Assembly: GCA_963841565.1 (NCBI GenBank)
Contig: CAWJCY010000001.1
Location: 96,001 to 160,000 of the forward strand
DNA length: 64,000 bases
Origin: an uncultured Nitrososphaerales archaeon
GTDB lineage: Archaea > Thermoproteota > Nitrososphaeria > Nitrososphaerales > Nitrososphaeraceae
Direction: 5' to 3'
The notes under the pieces: generated by a model
What the model was told of the DNA's origin: nothing
Databases searched by the model: none
Seen by the model: the letters and a program-made list of their open reading frames with translations, nothing else
Made by a program: the position numbers and the translations under genes
Shown: piece by piece, positions 56,506-64,000 of the stretch
Layout of the letters: every line of letters begins with the position of its first letter
Numbering within the stretch: position 1 is the first letter of the stretch

Positions 56506-56705
56506 ATTAATTGAAATAATTTCCTTTCCGAGTTTCAAAAGTAGGACGAACGGTTTAGTGTATAAAGACAATTGCAGATTACTTGATGTGGAGATGTGCT
56601 CAAATTTTGAGGCCAAAAATGGTGAATTTAAGCCCTACTTTGTTATTATCCCAATCTGTTCAGACATAAACGCTTAAAAAGCCAGGATTTATTATTATTC
56701 ACAAG

Positions 56706-56969
56706 ATGACATTACCAAAAGGATTTGGTGAGCAGCCCAAGAGTGGAACAAAGAGGACCTATGAGGAATGGTGGGCCACTGTTCCGAGCGATTTGAAGAC
56801 AAAGACCAGAAAAGGAGATGAAAATAACAAACCATTGCTAAATCAGGTTAATTATGTACTACTGCACCTCCATCTGGCAGGAAAACACGACGCAAAGCCA
56901 AGTCACGAAGAGCTAAAGGACTGGCTACACAGTGGACAGGTAGATGTTCTAAGAATGACCAAGAAATAA
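56706..56969 (+). CDS. Small soluble His-rich protein sharing the AmoX N-terminus
   Basis: MTLPKGFG start, 5 His in the C-terminal half, TATA CTTAAAAA 25 nt upstream, long oligo-T terminator. Confidence 0.85.
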   Translation: MTLPKGFGEQPKSGTKRTYEEWWATVPSDLKTKTRKGDENNKPLLNQVNYVLLHLHLAGKHDAKPSHEELKDWLHSGQVDVLRMTKK

Positions 56970-57201
56970 CTTTCAGAACTGAGCAGAACTTCCATTTTTC
57001 ATTTCCGATTATCTTTTTTTTCATTTTATTCATCTATCTTTAATCGAGTATCGTTCTTGATCCTTTCGAATGCAAATAATTTCCAATTGTGCTTGAAACT
57101 ACAACCTAGATGATGTATATTGATTCCTTTTTTTCTCAAGCTTTTTGATGTTGGGGTAAGGTAATTGGGATTATGTTCCTAAGAACCCACCAGATCGCAT
57201 C

Positions 57202-57663
57202 TCAAGACAAAAGTTCATCAATACCAACTACTCGGGCGCAATATCTGCATCTTAGGACAATATTCTGTTTATCGATAATGTCGATCGACGGTTTAATATA
57301 ATCATCGCTATTGGTAACACATTTCAGATTCGGACACCGAAATATTCCAATGATTGCATCAGGAAGCTGTATTCTTCTCTTTTCCACAACTTTGTAATCG
57401 CTTATAATGTTAATTGTGGCCGTTGGAGCGATAAGAGCGAGTTTGTCAGTTTCATCCTTTTTTAGAAATCTGTCTTCAACTTTAATAATGTCTTTTTTAG
57501 CATGTTTACTGCTTGGCACATTTAATGCGACTGTAATTACATTACCTTCTGTACCCGTGATATTTAATATACGCAGGACAGTTAGGGCTTTACCGGATTC
57601 GATATGATCGATGACCGTCCCCTCTTTGATTCTTCTAACAAGAAGTTGGCTGGAATCAGACAT
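57202..57663 (-). CDS. pyrI: Aspartate carbamoyltransferase regulatory chain
   Basis: IKEGTVIDHI, KDIIKVE, P.ATINII, CPN.KCVTN, CRYC. Confidence 0.96.
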   Translation of the reverse strand: MSDSSQLLVRRIKEGTVIDHIESGKALTVLRILNITGTEGNVITVALNVPSSKHAKKDIIKVEDRFLKKDETDKLALIAPTATINIISDYKVVEKRRIQLPDAIIGIFRCPNLKCVTNSDDYIKPSIDIIDKQNIVLRCRYCARVVGIDELLS

Positions 57664-58132
57664 TATGATTTCAGATGCCTAATGTGAATAAAAAGTATAT
57701 GTGGTTAGATATTGCAATGAATATGTCACGAGCTGCACTCGGATCCCCCATGTCACAATGATGCTATGTTATTTGAAGATATTTTTCAAAAATAGGCCTC
57801 CACTTCTTGCATTAACTAATAGCCGACTCATGCAAAAAATGCAGTTATGCATCGACTCAAATATTAAGAAAGAAGTGTTGCTCTTGACTTATCAAACGTT
57901 ATCGTTGTTGGCGCAATGTGAACGTCCAGCGTAATCAGAATTAAGAATTCCTTAGTAAAATATCAAACAAACTAACTATTCAATGAGCTCGCGAAAAAAA
58001 GTCGTGTAGAGATCGACAAAATCTAGATGCTTGACTTGAACTTTGTGCAATGGGGCTATCAACCAAATAGCTTATTGTAATTGACATTCAACATGGGCAA
58101 ATCCCTGTTCAATGCTTACTTTCGATAACTAG

Positions 58133-58654
58133 TTAATTTACTTCTGTAGATTTTGCAATATTGTGGCTCAGTTCGCCGGCATCAAATGGTTGATCTCGTC
58201 GGAACAAAGTGTTACTTGGTAGCCTATTGCCCAGCCTATACACCCATTCTTTCCCTTTCTTTATCCTTGTAAGTTTTCCTTTCTCTGAATATCTCGAGAG
58301 ATAAGTGGAGATAATGCTCAATTGTATTGGCTCAACATAATCTGCTTCGAACATTTCTTGAATATCTGATGAAGTGAAAGCGTTAGAACTAAACTTGTTC
58401 GCAACGACACTCCAGATCTTGTCTCCTACCGAAATAGGCCGATTTTCATCCACTCTGCTATTTGAACTGGAATAATTATCAACTTCTCCACGACTGTTTC
58501 CGTCATAATTCCTTGTCTTCCCATCCATCATACTCATGAACTCGTATAGCTTTAGGATCTTTGTTTTAGATATACTACCTTCTAAAGAAAGGTTATATTT
58601 GGCCCCTTCCTCGTCTTCCATTTCTATCTTTATCTTCTTCTTTCCTAGGTTCAA
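58133..58654 (-). CDS. Hypothetical protein with C-terminal winged-helix-like domain
   Basis: FTSSDI...LSIISTYLSRY.EKG.L.R.KKGKEWVYR. Confidence 0.75.
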   Translation of the reverse strand: MNLGKKKIKIEMEDEEGAKYNLSLEGSISKTKILKLYEFMSMMDGKTRNYDGNSRGEVDNYSSSNSRVDENRPISVGDKIWSVVANKFSSNAFTSSDIQEMFEADYVEPIQLSIISTYLSRYSEKGKLTRIKKGKEWVYRLGNRLPSNTLFRRDQPFDAGELSHNIAKSTEVN

Positions 58655-58856
58655 TTTCGGGAATAGACTACAAATTCTTGATTAGAATCAAATACTTAAG
58701 GCAACAAGTCACGGTTTTAGTGACTAAAAGATTAGCTTTAGTTAGCTAACACATTCACGGCGAAATGCATTTAATAATATTGACAAATCTCATAACATAC
58801 AGCAATAAAAAGTAGCGTATATAAGATAACATTACGTTATTTTCAGAAGGATTGTT

Positions 58857-59234
58857 ATGATTCGCAATAAAAACTTGTCCACAGGAGCTATTATTATTAT
58901 TTCGACATTTGCAAATGAAAAGTCGTTACGCGATACTGCACATGAAATGATAGTGAATGCAAAATTATGTGCCTGCGTAAATTACACAAAAGTGCGCTCT
59001 TTGTATTGGTGGGAAAATAAACTAAATGACGAGGAAGAGTTTATTGCGTTGTTCAAGACAACCAAAAAAAAAGCCAGAGAACTAAGGAGTAGGATTGCAA
59101 AACAGCACCCGTATGATATTCCTGAAATTCTCCAAATATCTATAGACAAAGCTTCCAAACCCTATCTTGACTGGCTGATTGGGTCTACATCGATTGCTGT
59201 AGGCGATAAGCGGAGACAACGGTTGAGGCACTGA
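58857..59234 (+). CDS. cutA: Divalent-cation tolerance protein CutA
   Basis: LCACVN, SLYWWE, FKT, HPYDIPEI. Confidence 0.93.
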   Translation: MIRNKNLSTGAIIIISTFANEKSLRDTAHEMIVNAKLCACVNYTKVRSLYWWENKLNDEEEFIALFKTTKKKARELRSRIAKQHPYDIPEILQISIDKASKPYLDWLIGSTSIAVGDKRRQRLRH

Positions 59235-59330
59235 GTATTGACTTAAGATTGGGAGATTTCTAATGAAATAGATACCACTTAAGCCTAATTATAAGGAGTC
59301 AATCACAATGCCCCGTGCCTGGTACTGCAC

Positions 59331-60425
59331 TCATGTACTAATTTGATATCTCAGAACTGAAACAATTCCTCCAAGTGACGAGACTCTCATTCCGATGTCC
59401 GTGGAAGAGTCTATAGCAAACGCTGAAGCACCTTGGCTTTCTATCGTATTTAGCAATTTAACCAACTCGTCTTCTTCCACGGTTCCAAATATCGAGCTAG
59501 AGAAAATCACTGATTCTACAGCACGCATGGCAGCAGCTTTTGCTACGTCAGCGAAGCCCATGGCGAATCGATTCTCCCCTCTACTTACGAATATCATGAT
59601 CTCGTCTAACAATGAGAGGACCGTAGAGATCTTGCTGTTTTCCATGACCTCCTTCATTCTCGGTGAACGGACAAATAGCAATATCCCGTCTTCACCTGCC
59701 ACATCTATTCCTTCGATAACTGAGGCCAAATTTGATAGATTCTTGTCCTTTCGCACAAGAAAGTTATACAATCGTTTTTTCGTTTCGCCTGGCCCAAAAA
59801 TAATCACTTTATCAGTCGTGAATTCAATATCTTCCGCGCTTAACTGTGATTTTATGACTTTAATTATTTCATCGAAGAACTGTTCAGGTTCGCCAGTCTT
59901 AGAAGTCTGAACGTGGTATCTTTTTCCGCTTTGGCCCGAATAAATGTTTGGGACTATTCCAAGATGTGTTCCGCTTAATTTGGCCACTGCGCATTCTTGA
60001 ATATCCACAGCAACAAGAAGATATAGAGAGGCATCAGAGAACCTGTGGATAATATTTTTCTCGTAGGGTAACCAGTCCCTCTTCTTTTCAATGGTAATGT
60101 TGTCCCCTATCCCAATTGTTAGCGAATGATGAGAACCTCGCGGTACGAGTTCACTGCTTGCATTAGAAATTATTCCCTTAATTCGTAGTCTGTCAACCAT
60201 CTTGTCGAATCCCAAACTCTCAACCCGGAGCCACACCTTGACACTGATTCGCTCACCTCTTTCTGGGCGAGAATATTCTTTCTCTTGTTTAATCACACGA
60301 GTAGTACTTGCAACAACTAGGTCGTCACGTGAAAGTATTCTTCTTACACTGAATAGGTCATCTGCGTCTTGAGGAATTAGGAAGTACGCCTTTCCCTCTG
60401 ATCCCTTTACTTCTTTGACTATCAT
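59331..60425 (-). CDS. pelA: mRNA surveillance protein Pelota
   Basis: P.DADDL, TTRVIK, RLRIKG, GSHHS, GPG..K, LGGI..LRY. Confidence 0.92.
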   Translation of the reverse strand: MIVKEVKGSEGKAYFLIPQDADDLFSVRRILSRDDLVVASTTRVIKQEKEYSRPERGERISVKVWLRVESLGFDKMVDRLRIKGIISNASSELVPRGSHHSLTIGIGDNITIEKKRDWLPYEKNIIHRFSDASLYLLVAVDIQECAVAKLSGTHLGIVPNIYSGQSGKRYHVQTSKTGEPEQFFDEIIKVIKSQLSAEDIEFTTDKVIIFGPGETKKRLYNFLVRKDKNLSNLASVIEGIDVAGEDGILLFVRSPRMKEVMENSKISTVLSLLDEIMIFVSRGENRFAMGFADVAKAAAMRAVESVIFSSSIFGTVEEDELVKLLNTIESQGASAFAIDSSTDIGMRVSSLGGIVSVLRYQIST

Positions 60426-60476
60426 ACGACAATCTTACCAACCAAAGAGGTTTGAAAATCTACTAATGTGGGGTAA

Positions 60477-61013
60477 TTACTGACTATTGGAAGTCGGAGA
60501 ATGGGTTGAAGATGAAGGTGGAGGAGGTTGGGGGTGAGAAGTTGATGATGTTGAATGAGGAGCAGCAGCGGCCGGTTCTGCAGCAGCTGATTGTAAAGGC
60601 TGGTCAATATTCTGCGAGGTTTTTCGTGAATGGGAAGCCCTTATGTAGTTGTCTACCCATTCCTGAGTTAACACTCCTGCCTCAACCATATTCACAAGAG
60701 CATTCGACGAAGCATCTCCTTGCACCTTACCTATTTTCTTTCTTGTCTGTCTCCATTTCAGTCGAGTATTCCCACTCTTTGATGAGTAGATAATACCTAG
60801 AATTTCCTTAGCATTCACGAATGTCATTTCCCTAATTCGTTTCAATGTTACCTTATCTGCCGCTTCGATATAGATTGCTCCAGGGCCCTCTTCCCTTTCT
60901 GGAAATACTTCAAAGTCCTTAAGATAGCTTTCCGGAATAAACGATCTACAAGTACTAACAATTATAAATTTTCGAAAACTTTCAAGAGAAGAAGTAGTTT
61001 CTATAACAACCAA
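60477..61013 (-). CDS. Hypothetical protein with Ser/Pro/Ala-rich disordered tail
   Basis: Globular N-terminal ~125 aa (EAADKVTL, SKSGNT.LKW) plus low-complexity C-terminus. Confidence 0.75.
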   Translation of the reverse strand: MVVIETTSSLESFRKFIIVSTCRSFIPESYLKDFEVFPEREEGPGAIYIEAADKVTLKRIREMTFVNAKEILGIIYSSKSGNTRLKWRQTRKKIGKVQGDASSNALVNMVEAGVLTQEWVDNYIRASHSRKTSQNIDQPLQSAAAEPAAAAPHSTSSTSHPQPPPPSSSTHSPTSNSQ

Positions 61014-61376
61014 TATATATTATAAGATGGGTTCAGCTCCTTATCAAGTTTATGAACAAGATTTTATGAATTGACTAAATCCAATTTGTATAGTGATGAC
61101 AAACTCCAAACTCAAGATCCTCGTCACATTTGATTTCGGAAGGTTTTTCTTGTCATCGTTTGTCAATGAAGAATTCAACTCAACATAATTTAAATGTCAT
61201 CCAGAATTGAAGAATCACGGCTTATAGATGGCTGCCTTTTTCTGCATTCAAAGTTTTGAATTAAAAGCCGAAGTTATTATTAGAAATGATCGAGGTCTCC
61301 GAAGCTAACTACTTCATAACACAACAATATGATAGTTCGAAAACCATATGTGAAAACAAAAAAGGTATGCGAAGCT

Positions 61377-63087
61377 CTAGGCTCCAGCCATTCCGTTTCT
61401 TAGTTCTACTCCCTTGTGATCGTCGTCGGCGGAAGCCTCTGCGGCGGCCTTATGCATCTCTGACATTGCGCAACCCATCTGTGCTTCTGATTTTCCTCTT
61501 CTCATTGTTCCTCGGTAGAGACCGGCTTCAAGGGTCTGTCCGTGTGCCTTTTCCCAATCTTCGACCGGAATGCTGTATTTCTTCTGTATCCTATCCCTGT
61601 ACCATTCAGGTATTACGTTAAATGCACAGAATGGTATTATCCTAAGATCTGGTGTCAGATAATGTATGTCGCATCTCTGAAGACGCTCTAAGTCTTCATT
61701 GTATTTATCCTGAAAATGCATCATACCAAGGAAAAGAGACCTGCCATGCCACGAACCTACTGAGTCGAAGTTCCGCTTCAGTAAAATACTGGAGAACATC
61801 TTGGCCAAATCTAATCCTCTCGGTTGTTTGCTCTTGTCAACAAATTGACCTATCTTTCTCAAAACTTCGAGCATTTTCCAATACCTATTAGAGCCAGACT
61901 TGATTTCGTCAACCTTCTCTTCAAAGTATTCTAACAGACCTTTAATGTCAACGAAAGAAGTGAGAGGCACTAAGCTTCTTGGTGTCGCTGTCTTCAAAGA
62001 CATATGTTCCTGCTCCACATGCAAAGTGTATGGACAACTCGTATTTTGGCTTCTTTGAGAATGCCTCGATGACATTTGTCATGGGCATACATGATGGAAC
62101 TGGGAACCAACCATCTGAAGGAATTTCGCCATTGGTCTGCTCTTCTATCCTCTCGATGCAATCTGGAATAGTTATTCTATATTTCTCCCGTTCCTTCTTT
62201 GACATTCTACCAGTCAATGAAACTGGCTGGAAATTAACGGCATGAACCACATCCATGTTCTTTTGAGCATACCTAATAATGCCTCCGAGTTCATGGTCAT
62301 TTATTGACTTTATCACAGTTGGAACGAAGACAACAGTCGTTCCACACTTTCTTGCAGATTCCAGAGTATACGGCACCTCCCAGTGATTCTTTGGATTAGT
62401 CCTAGGTGTCACTCCGTCAAAGGAAAGATACAGATTACTCACACCAGCCCCCCTAACCTGGCGCATTGTCTCAGGGGACAATGCTAGTTTTATGCCGTTA
62501 GTATTAAGTTGGACATGATCTACTCCTTCCTCCTTGATGATCTTGATTATATCAGTAAGGTCGTCCCTGAGCATTGGCTCTCCTCCTGTCAGCTGTATTG
62601 AATTGCCAGCTATAGGTCGTTCAGCCTTTAAGGTCTTCATCATTGCTCTAACTTGTTCATGAGATGGTTCGTAGAGATACGCTCCCTCCAACCCCTTCTT
62701 GACGTAAAAGAAGCAATACCAGCAAGTAAGGTCACATCTATTGGTGACAATCATGTTAGCAAGTCCGGAATGGGATAAGTGGTTGGTACAAAGTCCACAA
62801 TTATTGGGACAGGCACACTTATCGACCATCACATTTGGTGCATGTGCCCCTTTTCCATCCATCCAATAGGTGCTAAACTTTTGGTACATCTTGTAGGACC
62901 CAAAATAAAGTTCTTCGCACTCACCATGAGTCGGGCAGGTTTTGGTCATGTATACCTTGCCTTCTCTTTCGAAAACCTCTGCATCCAATATCATATTGCA
63001 ATCCGGACAAATGCTCTGCGTATACCTTATCGTCTTCTTATCAGCAATATTCTTACTAGTAAGATTTGCTATTTGAATTAAATCCAT
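61377..63087 (-). CDS. tes: Tetraether lipid synthase Tes (GDGT macrocyclase, radical SAM), split by one extra base near 61974
   Basis: CPDC..C.THG, CPNNCGLC..H, TNRCDLTCWYC, VNFQPVS, H..CG, MHFQD.YN.D.ER..RC.IHY, IIPFCAFN. Confidence 0.88.
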
Positions 63088-63312
63088 TTCTATCTAACCC
63101 TTATCCTAATGTCAACGGGCAGTGAGCTCTGGATTGTATATAAACATAACCTTACGATTCATAAGGTGATTAGGATATTTTGACTAATTCTACACAAATA
63201 CCAAACTTTTTCGATCGATAGATAAGATCCTGGTCATTCTACACTTGTGCACCATGAATAAAAGTTTGAGGAATGAATATATTAGAATTATTGTATCCCT
63301 TTCAAGGTTTTA

Positions 63313-64000
63313 ATGATTATTAGCGACAAGTCAAGGAAAGCAATGGAAAACCTTGGCTTGACAGGCTATGAAATCAAAGTTTACCTTTCTATTTTAGAGG
63401 GTGGGCCTGCAATTGCATCAGAAATAAGCAAAGTATCAGGTGTTCCATATTCTAAAATATACGAGGTTATCAATACGCTGGAAGATAAAGGCTGGCTCGA
63501 ATCAAGCAGCTCCAGACCACAGAAATTTTTTCCCAAATCTCCACAAAGTGCTCTAGCAGCAATGAGAATTCGGATGGAAAATGAGATCAAGGATAACGAA
63601 AATTTGATCATGAGTGAGCTGTTGCCCATATACCAAAAGAGAGGGATCAAGGAACGACCAGAAATATGGGTCGTTAGGGGAATACATAACATCGTCGGGA
63701 AGGTAAGCGAGATAATCCTTGATTGTCAGGCTGAATTGCTAATTGCACTTCCGGAGGTCGCCGAAAATATTGCGAAACCGGCTCAACCGATGTTACGGAC
63801 ACTGTATGAGAAGGGGGTTAACATTTCTGTGCTAGCTTCAGGAAGGACTAGCTCGGATACACTACGAGCAATATCAAGGATAGCTCAAGTCAGAGTCAAA
63901 GATCACATGTTTGGCGGTGGAGTGATCGGCGACAGCAGACAAGTAATGCTTCTGCTTGGAGAAGGTGGTATCACGGATAGTAATGGTTTCGAACCCATTG
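63313..64000 (+). CDS. TrmB-family transcriptional regulator (runs off the window end)
   Basis: LGLTGYEIKVY...ASEISKVSGVPYSKIYEVI..LEDKGW; missing from the track because there is no stop in the window. Confidence 0.92.
   Translation, partial: MIISDKSRKAMENLGLTGYEIKVYLSILEGGPAIASEISKVSGVPYSKIYEVINTLEDKGWLESSSSRPQKFFPKSPQSALAAMRIRMENEIKDNENLIMSELLPIYQKRGIKERPEIWVVRGIHNIVGKVSEIILDCQAELLIALPEVAENIAKPAQPMLRTLYEKGVNISVLASGRTSSDTLRAISRIAQVRVKDHMFGGGVIGDSRQVMLLLGEGGITDSNGFEPI

Noticed and set aside
60477-60600. Low-complexity repeat-like DNA
   Set aside because: Explained by the Ser/Pro/Ala-rich tail of the 60477..61013 protein; no true tandem unit

Overview
Core-genome segment of an ammonia-oxidising archaeon (Nitrososphaerota, most likely a soil-type Nitrososphaeraceae; inferred from AmoA/AmoB, the A-type ATP synthase layout and long AT-rich spacers). 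It carries five of the six known archaeal AMO subunits (amoA-amoX divergent from amoB, amoZ-amoY nearby, no amoC), the A1Ao ATP synthase (E-A-B-D-orf-K-I plus a separate C), 2-oxoacid:ferredoxin oxidoreductase, aconitase, pdxST, cbiT-L-F, tetraether synthase Tes and translation/ribosome-rescue genes. There are three tRNAs: Arg-CCG with a 29/30 intron, Thr-GGT, and Leu-TAA with two introns. Six conserved genes are each split by one extra base, most likely read/assembly insertion errors. I found no CRISPR array, transposase or integrase. Best leads: (1) a small His-rich soluble protein that shares the N-terminus MTLPKGFG with AmoX through synonymous codons; (2) a VMA21-like two-TM gene pair next to atpC and a 43-aa coiled-coil ORF inside the ATP synthase cluster; (3) an unannotated 9-Cys microprotein ending in GGG; (4) a glutamate-racemase homologue with both catalytic Cys replaced by Ser; (5) a degenerate Pus10 alongside tRNAs lacking U54 or U55; (6) a promoter-bearing C/D-box-like sRNA. 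Family assignments come from motif recognition by eye, not database searches.
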